The notes below the pieces were generated by a model. That model saw only the letters and a program-made list of their open reading frames with translations, was not told where the DNA came from and searched no databases. The position numbers and the translations under genes are program-made. 33,515 nucleotides of DNA. It comes from Basidiobolus meristosporus CBS 931.73. Its lineage: Eukaryota; Fungi; Basidiobolomycota. Location: the NCBI GenBank assembly GCA_002104905.1, contig MCFE01000819.1, positions 1 to 33,515 of the forward strand, written 5' to 3'. Below are positions 22,095-32,394 of the stretch, in pieces (within the stretch, counting starts at the first letter, position 1; each line of letters starts with the position of its first letter).

Positions 22095-22520
22095 GATAGC
22101 ATAAAGTGACCATAAATTATCCACCTTAATAAACAACTTCCAACCCTCGAAATTTATCCAGTTGCCGAATTGGACTGTCTTGCCAAATTCGGTCTCCCAC
22201 TGTGACTGCAAAGGGAATCGCTGGCCCGTTTAGGTCAGATCCGCCGGTCATTGGCCCAGATAAAGCAGGAATCATACCGAGTTCAATCGAGATCCTGTAT
22301 CTCCCCGCAGTACCACGCCGACGGATTGCCCGAAAAAATTTTTGATCTTAGACGAGATTAAATTTTTGCTATTTCAAAGCATATCCGCCGACACCGCCTC
22401 TTAATCTTCACCCTCTTGTTGATTAAACCCTTGGGATTCCTGCATAGGCTTCGGGAAGACCGCATCTTGTGTTTCGAGTTTACTGGATATCGTCGTGTAG
22501 GCAACCGCGCGTAGAGAATA

Positions 22521-23915
22521 ATGAACATGCTTCAGGAGCAAGTGCAGACCGGTTTGTCCGCTCAGCGGACCGTCCTACTTAGAAGGGTGGTTCAGCCACT
22601 GACCACGTTGGACCCGAAGACCAAACAGGCCTGGTTGCACTTCATCGCCGGAGGGTAGGTATCCTTGCTTCCTTCACCTATCTCGTCTCTGCTCTAAACC
22701 CCTTGTCAACCCACAGTACCGGCGGAATGATCGGCGCCTCCTTGACCTGTCCCCTTGACGTTGTCAAGACAAGACTACAGGTACTTCCCCCGGCGGAACT
22801 CAAAGACGTTTCTCCCTGCTAACCCGTTTTCCTCTCCATCGTAGTCCTCGCTTTACAAGCCTACCGCCACCATGTATAGCCACGCACAGCGTTCCCTAGT
22901 TTCCACGGTGGGGGTGCACGTGGTGGAGACGTTCGGCATCTTGAGGTGAGCCTTTCCTCGGTGGACGGTTTCCACCACCCACCTACTAACCCGTGGCTTC
23001 GTTTCCAGGTCCATTAGATATCACGAAGGGGTGCGCGGGCTGTTTCAGGGTCTTGGCCCCAGCTTGGTGGGTGTCGTCCCCGCGCGAGCCATCAACTTCG
23101 CCGCCTACGGCAATGGGAAACGTATCCTTGTGGAGATGAACGGTGGAAAAGAGTCCTCCGTCATCCATCTGACTGCGGCCGCCACCGCCGGCATCACCAC
23201 CGCCACCATCACCAGTCCGATCTGGCTGGTCAAGACGCGTATGCAATTGCAAGCCATGAGCACCACCGCGCCAGCCCGTTACCGAAATAGCTTGGATTGC
23301 GTGGGACAGGTGATCAGGTCGGAGGGGATTCGGGGGCTGTACCGAGGAGTGAGCGCTTCCTATTTAGGTAAGGGATCAGAAGGATTCGTCCCGGGAGTAT
23401 GTGGAGTTCCCCCTCGGGTACTCAACGGTTCTTGATTTCTAGGGGTCGCGGAAGGAACCTTGCAGTGGGTAGTCTACGAGAAGTTCAAGTCGTGGATCCA
23501 CGAACGTAGACGGGTGAGATACGGGACGGAGCACTGCACCGAGAACAGGTCCGCTTTAGGTAAGTGAAGCGTCCAGGGGGGGGGTGGAACGTCTTGCCAT
23601 CAACCGATCACTTACATCTCTTTAGACTGGTTCGAGTACTTCGCCGCCGCAGGATCGGCCAAACTTTTGGCCGCCGTGGTCACCTACCCGCACGAGGTGA
23701 TCCGTACCAGATTGAGACAGGGTCCATCCGAGAATGGTCTTCACAAGTACACCGGTCTCCGCCAGTGCTTCGGCTTGATCCTCAAGGAGGAGGGTTTCGC
23801 CGCGCTTTACAGTGGCATGACCCCACATCTCATGCGAACCGTCCCCAACGCTGCCATCATGTTTTTCTGTTACGAGGCGATCATGCATTCCTTCGGAGCC
23901 AAGAAATCCGAGTGA
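22521..23915 (+). CDS. RIM2: Mitochondrial pyrimidine-nucleotide carrier (Rim2/SLC25A33/36-like)
   Basis: Three carrier repeats: HFIAGG...TCPLDVVKTRLQ; GLGPSLVGVVPARAINFAAY; TSPIWLVKTRMQLQ; TYPHEVIRTRLRQ; LYSGMTPHLMRTVPNAAIMF. Several introns. Confidence 0.88.
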
Positions 23916-25029
23916 ACACCAGGCAACCCAGCATCCTACTCTTACTCCTACTCCTGCACCACCTCCTCCGCCTCAACCTCAACCTCAACCTTAACTTCAT
24001 CCCCACCTCCTGACACTCCATAGAAACCGAGCTCAGCCACTCACGTGCCCTGCCCGCATTTTAACTCGACTTGCATTTCATGAAAATCCCGCCCCAGTCC
24101 TCGGCACTCCTCACGTCCATCTTCTTTCATCACCTAGTCCCCCCCCGCTCTCCACCTAATCTCCCATTTGTATTTTGTCCCCGTCCCCGTCCCCCTTTTT
24201 TTTACCCTTTTCTGGTAGATGATTTGGTGAACCTCTCACTTCACCAGTCCAAATAGATCCAAGTAAGCTGCGGTCGGTGGCCGCCCCTCCCCCTCCCCTC
24301 ACCCGTCCAAAATCCAATAAACCCAACCAGGTTTCTTCGCAACCACCCGTCCTACGCCAACCCGATCCTCTTTTCGCACAGACCAATCGGCGATCTTCCC
24401 GACTGGATAGACGTCTCTTCTGGTTGGGACCTCGCCCGCCCTCTCCCGTCCCTCAGGGTTGGATCCAAATGGGCTTCACCCGAACCCCATCAGGGAAAGA
24501 TGGCCCGATCTCCGCCCAACTTCCCCAAGGATGGCTCGCGCCGGAGGTCACGTGCTCCGCGCGCGCGGTCCAACAGCTTGAGACGGAGGGTGGTGGAGGG
24601 GGGGGGGAGCGTCCAACCAACCGACCCAACCACGTTTCCACCATGGTCCCCTTTTCTCACATGAAATGGACGTGGAAACAACAGTAAGCGGGAAGAATGG
24701 GGGACGACCAACGTAGGTGCTTAGCTAGTCTATCGGTAACCCGCAGGTACCACGATATCCACTCTGGTGCTCATCCACGCTGCGACCTAGGATGGACTAT
24801 ACCCATGTTCCATTTAGTCCCCGAACCATGCTGTCCCTACTCACTTCGTACCATGGTAATCCACCGGACCCCGTGGGGGAGGGCATATCTACTCGCACGA
24901 CCACGACCCGCCAGTGATTGGAAGAATGGCATATCACACATTCCCATGATCTACCACATATCCCGGAATTGCTTGGGTAATGGTGGTGCTCAGGTAATCT
25001 GGAAGGTTGGCTTGTATTGTGCTTGCCGA

Positions 25030-25378
25030 CCTATTGAGATATTTATCGCGGTGAACCTTGTGTCCACACCTAAACCTCGACATCAACTCAACCACTTGAA
25101 TGCCAGCGTAGGAACATTGTTCCCCGACCGGAACTTCAGCCGAGGTTCGCCTGGATTCTTTTCCCTAGAATAGGATGTCTCTCAAAAATCCCCAGAAGCC
25201 CCTAAAACCTCGTACACATGCTCTGGTGACCGTTTCCAGTACATCCCGCTGGCTTGCCATTCCAATGGCCATGTCGATGTCCATATATCACTGCTACATC
25301 CCATGAATCATCATGCAAATACCAAATCCCCAACCGGCTCTCCCAGTTGCTTCCGACGTCTCCCCCATCTGTGCAACA
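25030..25378 (+). mobile_element. Decayed solo LTR A (retains CpGs)
   Basis: CACCTAAA at 25067, TCTCAAAAATCCCCAGAAGCCCCTAAAAC..TACACATG core and a TGCAACA end, collinear with the LTR at 26699-27048. Start approximate. Confidence 0.45.
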
Positions 25379-25451
25379 CCTACACCTTTGGACTGCCCAT
25401 CAAGTGCTAATCACAAAGATGCATCATGGTAGCGTCCAATTGGATACGGCC

Positions 25452-25798
25452 TGATGTGATTATTTGGTTTACACCTAAACCACGCATATTACGTAAGATG
25501 ATTCTACTTGGCTTTTTGCTAAGTTATGAATCACTTACCTAAGATTTAGCTTGTAAGATACTTTTCCTTGAATTGGTGAAGATCTGGAAGTGATTCGTAT
25601 TCTTGAACCAGTCCGAAAGCCCCCAAATCTTGCACACAGCTTCTTGAGACCTACCTTGAAGCATTTTTATCATTAACCCTAAAATGTTCCCCCAAAAGTG
25701 AATATGCTCTATGCAAGCCCAGTGTAACACCATATGAATATCATGCAACTCTTCCACCTCCCCAAATCACTTCCAACACCCCCTGAAATCTTGCAGTA
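25452..25798 (+). mobile_element. Decayed solo LTR B
   Basis: TGATGTGA start, CACCTAAA at 25472, AGCCCCCAAATCTTGCACACA core, ACTTCCAACAC...TTGCAGTA end; 347 bp. Confidence 0.6.
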
Positions 25799-26062
25799 TG
25801 GCCAAGGTTTCTCTTGACCCTAGAGGGATCTGATGATTGCCAATTTGCATGCCCAATCAGGAGTATGCATGTATACTGATGTCCACAACTGATGGATGAC
25901 TTGTATGAGTCGGCCACTCAATGACAAAGGCCAGTACCTGCAAGACCACTCCAGCTATGGTACAGCTTGCTACATGTGTTATCCTATAATGGGGGGCCTT
26001 TTGGCAGGTTTGACAACTTTTGTTTCATTGGTACCAAATGCTTTAATAGGCAATATCATGTC

Positions 26063-26420
26063 TGTTGCAATATTCTGAGGAGTATTGGAAGTGATGTGGA
26101 GAACTAGAGGATTTACATCTTATTCACTTGTAGATTTACTGATCAAAAGTATGGTATTTATACTTTTGATAAAGCTGAGCAAACAAACGTGTAGAGTTTG
26201 TTAAGAAAGGTCCCAAGAATATGTGGACAAAGTTTGGGGGCTTTTGGACAGCTTTGAGAAAGATCATAATCTGGGTACCTGATAATTTGGTGAAAATATT
26301 CTGAGTAAATCCCAACAAGAAATCTGGTCAGGACAGAATGCTAATCAAAGAGTAGGATCTATGTGCCTAAGTTAGCATCAATATTTAGGTGACAATTTAA
26401 TAATTACAATAATGTTAACA
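26063..26420 (-). mobile_element. Decayed solo LTR C (inverted)
   Basis: Reverse complement aligns by eye along the intact LTR: CACCTAAATATT, CTAACTTAG, AGAATATT, AGGTACCC, TTCTCAAAG.TGTCCAAA, CCCCAAACTTTG, ACTTCCAATA...TGCAACA. Confidence 0.75.
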
Positions 26421-26432
26421 CCTAAACATTGC

Positions 26433-26698
26433 TGATGTAAGAGTGTTGGAGATATTAAAGGGAATTAAGGACATGTTGACAATATAATTCTCACTTGATG
26501 CCTTACCAGATGTAAAAGTAATACTTCAACTTTAATAAGGTCTTGGCAAGATAGACACAGGAAACATGTCCAGCAAGATCCAAAGTGCATGCCCACAAAG
26601 CTGGGGGTCCATAACAGACCAGAGATCTTTCATATTCAGAGCCTTTGATACTTTGGTGGATTATTCCTAGTGAATCTCAAGAAGCAATTTGGGCAGAC
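26433..26698 (-). mobile_element. Decayed solo LTR D (inverted, missing its first ~80 bp)
   Basis: Reverse complement shares TGCCAAGACC, TATTACTTTTACAT and AATATCTCCAA.ACTCTTACA.CA with the intact LTR. The alignment stops where that LTR begins. Confidence 0.7.
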
Positions 26699-27048
26699 TG
26701 TTGTAAAAATTTGTATTTCCACCTAAATATTCACCTAACTTAGTCACTTAGATCATCACCTTCAAATCCTAGAGAATACTGACCAAAATTCCTTGTCGGG
26801 ACTAATTTAGAATATTCTCACTGAAATACCAGGTACCCGGAACATGAAAATTCTCAAAGTTGTCCAAACAGCCCCAAACTTTGCACACATGTTCTTGGGA
26901 TCTTCCTTAACCTATTCTATGTGTTTGTAATGCCAAGACCAGGAAAAAGTATTAATATTACTTTTACATTCAATAAATCATTAAGTGAAAACCACATAAT
27001 CTACTTGTCCTCCCAATGACTTCCAATATCTCCAAGACTCTTACAACA
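26699..27048 (+). mobile_element. 5' LTR of a Ty1/Copia element, 350 bp
   Basis: TGTTGTAA...TTACAACA perfect 8-bp terminal inverted repeat, immediately followed by the PBS; internal AATAAA near 26973. Confidence 0.85.
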
Positions 27049-27060
27049 GGTTATGAGCCC
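27049..27060 (+). promoter_or_regulatory. Primer-binding site, Ty5/copia-type (internal tRNAiMet priming)
   Basis: GGTTATGAGCCC directly abutting the LTR's terminal CA. Confidence 0.8.
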
Positions 27061-29080
27061 CAAGCTGTCACTCTCTGCAATGTCTACTACTGCTATTACT
27101 GGTTGTTGGATGGATCTAACTATCAAGTGTGGAAGGTGAAGATGAAGCAGCTGCTACAAGAAAGAGGCCTTTGGGATATTGTCATGGGAGAAGAATGCCC
27201 TCCTAAAAGTGTGGGAGAGGAAGCCTTGAAGTACCAGAAGAAAGAATAAAGTGCCTTTAACTGCATTTGCCTTAATGTTAATGACAAATTGCTAATTCAA
27301 TGCTCAAGAGCAAAAATGGCAAAGAATGCCTGGAAGGCATTAGAAGATACCTACCAGTCATGTTCAGCTGCCAAGAAAATGTATCTGAGATGAAAATTCT
27401 TTACTACAAAGATGCTGCCAGGAGAAGAAATGAAAAACCTAATCAACAGAATTACCTTGCTGGTGGATGAGATAGAATCTGTGGGCGTACCAACTACTGA
27501 TGAGGATGTGATAGTTACCATCCTGAATAGCCTGACAGACAAGTTTCAGGGCCTTGTATCAGCCCTAGAGTCCAGAACTGAAGATTTGACCTTAAATTAC
27601 GTATATGGAAGGCTCCTGGATGAAGAATTAAGAAAATCAAGTGCAAATAAGAAGGAAGAAGAAAATGCTTTAATAAGCAATGATAACCAACAAAGGAGGT
27701 ACCCAAGACCCTACAAAGGCAACAGCAACCTGTTTTGCAACTAATGCAAAAGGAAAGGACACACATCAGACCGGTGTCTCAAAAAGGAAGATAATCAGCA
27801 AAAGAAGCCTGAATATGGAAATGCTGTAACAACTGAAGATAGACTATTCATATCTGCACTAAATATGACCACAAACAAGGATTCTTAGATGTGGTATATT
27901 GACTCTGGAGCTACTCAACACTTTACACACCAAAAAGAACTTTTTACCCAATATCAAGAAATTCCAATTAAGAGGGTTTTCATGGGTAATGATAGATCAC
28001 TTGATGCAGTGGGAGAAGGAACTATCCAAGTAAACCTTAGAAGCAGTGAAGGAAGCCATACACTGACCTTTGAAGAAGTACTCTATGAACCAGAAATAGC
28101 CAAGAACCTACTCTCTGTAAGCAAGGCCACAGCGGAAGGACTCAGTTTCAGTTTTGACAATTCTGGATGCAGGATCACTGATCAAAATGGTGCCCATATT
28201 GCTTTGGGCATCAGAGATCAGAATCTATACAAGTTGACTTATATTCCATCATATTTGGAAGCCAATATAAGTAACTTAGATGAAGAAACGCCAATGCTTT
28301 GGCACAGGAGATTTGGGCGCATCAATTTTGATTATTTGTGCAAAATGATCAAAGATCAGCTAACTTCTGAAGAAAAAATTGATCCTCCAGCTAATTTGGA
28401 GCACTGTGAAGCCTGCATATATGGGAAACAAGTCAGACAACTGTTCAACAGCTCTGGGTTAATCAAAACTAAGAAAAAATTAGATCTAATTCACTCAGAT
28501 CTGAGTGGACCTATGCAAAATTTATCCTTAGGCAGGATGAAGTATTTAATCACTTTTATTGATGATTATACAAGATACACATGGGTCTACTTCATGGAGT
28601 GAGAGGAAGAAGCTCTGTCAAAGTTTGGGGAGCTTCAAGCCATGTTGGAGAGAGAAACTGGTGAAAAAATCAAGAAAATACGCTCTGACAATGGTGGAGA
28701 ATATACCTCAAAACTCTTCATCCACTTCTGCAAAATTCATGGGATAAAGCAAGAGACTACTGTACCATACTCCCCAAAGCAAAATGGAGTATCAGAACAT
28801 GCTAACAGATCAATAATTGGCATGGCAAGATATATGATCCCTGATCAAAAATTATCCTATGATTTTTGGGCGGAATCAGTTGCCACTGCTGTATACCTTA
28901 AAAATAGAAGTTATAACAGAATACTTCAGGATTCTACTCCATTTGAAGCATGGTATGGATACAGACCAAGTGCAGAACATCAAAGAATATTTGGATGTAC
29001 AGCTTATGTCAAGAAATTGCCTGGATATCAGTCAAAATTTGAGCCAAAAAGCGTAAAATGCATATTTTTGGGCTACTGCA
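27049..29080 (+). mobile_element. Ty1/Copia internal region (gag-PR-integrase), inactivated and truncated before RT
   Basis: One frame: LDGSNYQVWKVKM, UBN2-type gag, CN*CKRKGHTSDRC knuckle, WYIDSGATQHF protease, LWHRRFGRIN...CEACIYGKQ, IHSDLSGP / FIDDYTRY / IRSDNGGEY / QNGVSEHANR, KCIFLGY. In-frame stops at 27247, 27391, 27742, 27886 and 28600. Confidence 0.95.
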
Positions 29081-29217
29081 ATTGCTGCTGTGCTGATGAC
29101 TATGATGACTGCTATGATGATGATTATGATGACTGCTGTGAAGATGACTACTATGATGATTGCTATGATGACTGCTATGATGACTGCTATGATGACTGCT
29201 GTGATGACTGCTGCTAG
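29081..29217 (+). pseudogene. 5'-truncated copy of the Asp/Cys/Tyr peptide ORF, fused in frame to the Copia integrase
   Basis: ...KCIFLGYCN|CCCADDYDDCYDDD...DDCC*; the nucleotide match to the unit starts at 29081. Confidence 0.85.
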
Positions 29218-29342
29218 GCTGGGCTCTCAAAAGCAGATACATATACTTTTTGAGCAGTGTGAAAGTTTTGGCATAGTAAGATATTTTTGAATAAACACAT
29301 TTCAAACCTACTAGTTCTTAAAAGGCTGATTAATCAAGGAAC

Positions 29343-29390
29343 AAGTCCCTGCTTAGGGTCAGCTAAAAAAGTCCCTGCTTAGGGTCAGCT
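29343..29390. repeat. Duplicated 22-mer AAGTCCCTGCTTAGGGTCAGCT (26-bp period), present in every array unit
   Basis: Copies at 29343-29364 and 29369-29390, and at +1059n. Each contains the CCCT-GCTT-AGGG mini-palindrome. Confidence 0.9.
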
Positions 29391-29481
29391 CAAGTCAGTG
29401 CATATTTAAGGGTGACTGGCAAAATATTTGAAAAAAAAATCAAAACCACTGATTATCCCCTCCCATGTATTTTCAGCTATT

Positions 29482-29550
29482 AGCATCAGGTGGGTATTGA
29501 TCCCTGGGCCTGATGAGTGCCCTGCCCAGCCTTAACCACTAGACTATGGC
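29482..29550 (-). ncRNA. tRNA-derived Pol III element (A box + B box), tRNA pseudogene or SINE-head-like
   Basis: A box TAGTCTAGTGG (29546-29536) and B box GATCAATAC (29502-29494), 44 nt apart as in tRNA. D-arm GTCT/AGGC; 3' half resembles tRNA-Gly after CpG decay; T9 run at 29439-29431. No proper cloverleaf. Confidence 0.5.
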
Positions 29551-29793
29551 TATATCTTCAAGGAATCTGACAGAGGTGTGACTTGGATGGTCACTGATTG
29601 CAGCCAGCCTGATGGCATTATTGCTGGAGATTCTCAACCACTCATTCTGAGGTGATTGTGCTCAGCATGGGTTACACTGGTGATGAGTATGATCAAATCA
29701 GTTGCATGCTTGCCAACAACTGATGGACTATCTTGCCATCACTCCTGACTTGTTATATCCTATCATAGACTCAGGCTGAGACCTATGGGGACT

Positions 29794-29802
29794 TCTATAT
29801 AT
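29794..29802 (+). promoter_or_regulatory. Putative TATA box of the array peptide gene (repeated in each unit)
   Basis: CTATATATT about 145 bp before ATG 29944 and followed by a pyrimidine-rich leader; AATAAA lies about 72 bp after each stop. Confidence 0.4.
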
Positions 29803-29943
29803 TGGCAAGATGCTGCTTCCTACCAGCCATCCTCTCAGTCTCCTCTTCTCCCCCTCATAGCAACTGCAACTGCAACCAGGAACTTTGCTCTTGCTGATAC
29901 AAGATCCTTCTCTTTTGCCACACTCAGTCCACCACCTTTCACT

Positions 29944-30276
29944 ATGAGATCCCTTCTAAGCAGAGCCTCCCTTGTGGCCATGGTCAGTGTTCTCCTTCTG
30001 AAGACCAGCTTGGCTTTACCCCAGGTGGAGGTAGCTACCACTGGAAGTGCACTCCAGAAGAGATGGTACAACTCCTATGGATATGGTGATGATTGCTGTG
30101 ATGATTATGATGATGATTGCTATGATGACTGGGAAGATGATTGCTGCTGTGATGATGACTATGATGACTGCTATGATGATGATTATGATGACTGCTGTGA
30201 AGATGACTACTATGATGATTGCTATGATGACTGCTATGATGACTGCTATGATGACTGCTGTGATGACTGCTGCTAG
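29944..30276 (+). CDS. Secreted KR-processed Asp/Cys/Tyr-rich peptide precursor, copy 1 (110 aa)
   Basis: MRSLLSRASLVAMVSVLLLKTSLA (signal-like) | LPQVEVATTGSALQKR (pro-peptide with dibasic site) | WYNSYGYGDDCCDDYDDDCY...DDCC*. The upstream in-frame ATG at 29785 precedes the TATA-like box and is probably not used. Confidence 0.75.
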   Translation: MRSLLSRASLVAMVSVLLLKTSLALPQVEVATTGSALQKRWYNSYGYGDDCCDDYDDDCYDDWEDDCCCDDDYDDCYDDDYDDCCEDDYYDDCYDDCYDDCYDDCCDDCC

Positions 30277-30540
30277 GCTGGGCTCTCAAAAGCAGATACA
30301 TATACTTTTTGAGCAGTGTGAAAGTTTTGGCATAGTAAGATATTTTTGAATAAACACATTTCAAACCTACTAGTTCTTAAAAGGCTGATTAATCAAGGAA
30401 CAAGTCCCTGCTTAGGGTCAGCTAAAAAAGTCCCTGCTTAGGGTCAGCTCAAGTCAGTGCATATTTAAGGGTGACTGGCAAAATATTTGAAAAAAAAATC
30501 AAAACCACTGATTATCCCCTCCCATGTATTTTCAGCTATT

Positions 30541-30609
30541 AGCATCAGGTGGGTATTGATCCCTGGGCCTGATGAGTGCCCTGCCCAGCCTTAACCACTA
30601 GACTATGGC
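30541..30609 (-). ncRNA. tRNA-derived Pol III element, unit 2
   Basis: Identical to 29482-29550. Confidence 0.5.
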
Positions 30610-31002
30610 TATATCTTCAAGGAATCTGACAGAGGTGTGACTTGGATGGTCACTGATTGCAGCCAGCCTGATGGCATTATTGCTGGAGATTCTCAACCAC
30701 TCATTCTGAGGTGATTGTGCTCAGCATGGGTTACACTGGTGATGAGTATGATCAAATCAGTTGCATGCTTGCCAACAACTGATGGACTATCTTGCCATCA
30801 CTCCTGACTTGTTATATCCTATCATAGACTCAGGCTGAGACCTATGGGGACTTCTATATATTGGCAAGATGCTGCTTCCTACCAGCCATCCTCTCAGTCT
30901 CCTCTTCTCCCCCTCATAGCAACTGCAACTGCAACCAGGAACTTTGCTCTTGCTGATACAAGATCCTTCTCTTTTGCCACACTCAGTCCACCACCTTTCA
31001 CT

Positions 31003-31335
31003 ATGAGATCCCTTCTAAGCAGAGCCTCCCTTGTGGCCATGGTCAGTGTTCTCCTTCTGAAGACCAGCTTGGCTTTACCCCAGGTGGAGGTAGCTACCAC
31101 TGGAAGTGCACTCCAGAAGAGATGGTACAACTCCTATGGATATGGTGATGATTGCTGTGATGATTATGATGATGATTGCTATGATGACTGGGAAGATGAT
31201 TGCTGCTGTGATGATGACTATGATGACTGCTATGATGATGATTATGATGACTGCTGTGAAGATGACTACTATGATGATTGCTATGATGACTGCTATGATG
31301 ACTGCTATGATGACTGCTGTGATGACTGCTGCTAG
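31003..31335 (+). CDS. Secreted Asp/Cys/Tyr-rich peptide precursor, copy 2
   Basis: Identical translation to copy 1. Confidence 0.75.
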   Translation: MRSLLSRASLVAMVSVLLLKTSLALPQVEVATTGSALQKRWYNSYGYGDDCCDDYDDDCYDDWEDDCCCDDDYDDCYDDDYDDCCEDDYYDDCYDDCYDDCYDDCCDDCC

Positions 31336-31599
31336 GCTGGGCTCTCAAAAGCAGATACATATACTTTTTGAGCAGTGTGAAAGTTTTGGCATAGTAAGAT
31401 ATTTTTGAATAAACACATTTCAAACCTACTAGTTCTTAAAAGGCTGATTAATCAAGGAACAAGTCCCTGCTTAGGGTCAGCTAAAAAAGTCCCTGCTTAG
31501 GGTCAGCTCAAGTCAGTGCATATTTAAGGGTGACTGGCAAAATATTTGAAAAAAAAATCAAAACCACTGATTATCCCCTCCCATGTATTTTCAGCTATT

Positions 31600-31668
31600 A
31601 GCATCAGGTGGGTATTGATCCCTGGGCCTGATGAGTGCCCTGCCCAGCCTTAACCACTAGACTATGGC
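31600..31668 (-). ncRNA. tRNA-derived Pol III element, unit 3
   Basis: Identical to 29482-29550. Confidence 0.5.
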
Positions 31669-32061
31669 TATATCTTCAAGGAATCTGACAGAGGTGTGAC
31701 TTGGATGGTCACTGATTGCAGCCAGCCTGATGGCATTATTGCTGGAGATTCTCAACCACTCATTCTGAGGTGATTGTGCTCAGCATGGGTTACACTGGTG
31801 ATGAGTATGATCAAATCAGTTGCATGCTTGCCAACAACTGATGGACTATCTTGCCATCACTCCTGACTTGTTATATCCTATCATAGACTCAGGCTGAGAC
31901 CTATGGGGACTTCTATATATTGGCAAGATGCTGCTTCCTACCAGCCATCCTCTCAGTCTCCTCTTCTCCCCCTCATAGCAACTGCAACTGCAACCAGGAA
32001 CTTTGCTCTTGCTGATACAAGATCCTTCTCTTTTGCCACACTCAGTCCACCACCTTTCACT

Positions 32062-32394
32062 ATGAGATCCCTTCTAAGCAGAGCCTCCCTTGTGGCCATG
32101 GTCAGTGTTCTCCTTCTGAAGACCAGCTTGGCTTTACCCCAGGTGGAGGTAGCTACCACTGGAAGTGCACTCCAGAAGAGATGGTACAACTCCTATGGAT
32201 ATGGTGATGATTGCTGTGATGATTATGATGATGATTGCTATGATGACTGGGAAGATGATTGCTGCTGTGATGATGACTATGATGACTGCTATGATGATGA
32301 TTATGATGACTGCTGTGAAGATGACTACTATGATGATTGCTATGATGACTGCTATGATGACTGCTATGATGACTGCTGTGATGACTGCTGCTAG
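32062..32394 (+). CDS. Secreted Asp/Cys/Tyr-rich peptide precursor, copy 3
   Basis: Identical translation to copy 1. Confidence 0.75.
   Translation: MRSLLSRASLVAMVSVLLLKTSLALPQVEVATTGSALQKRWYNSYGYGDDCCDDYDDDCYDDWEDDCCCDDDYDDCYDDDYDDCCEDDYYDDCYDDCYDDCYDDCCDDCC

Noticed and set aside
22659-22667. U12-type donor GTATCCTTG in the RIM2 intron
   Set aside because: Its use would leave an in-frame TAG; the GTAGGT donor at 22655 gives the correct frame.
24262-24273. AGTAAGCTGCGG shared with 3613-3624 at both edges of the gene island
   Set aside because: 12-mer matches are expected by chance in 33 kb.
24277-25173. Pro-rich ORFs 24277-24687 and 24697-25173
   Set aside because: Low-complexity GC-rich DNA with no recognisable motif; the second ORF overlaps LTR relic A.
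29785-29943. Longer 163-aa form of the array ORF from ATG 29785
   Set aside because: This ATG lies upstream of the TATA-like box and would bury the signal peptide; 29944 is preferred, but only TSS data can settle it.
30035-30364. Ser/His-rich minus-strand ORFs and Met/Thr-rich alternative-frame ORFs in each array unit
   Set aside because: They are shadows of the GAT/GAC/TGC repeat. Only the Asp/Cys/Tyr frame has a signal peptide, KR site, TATA-like box and polyA signal.
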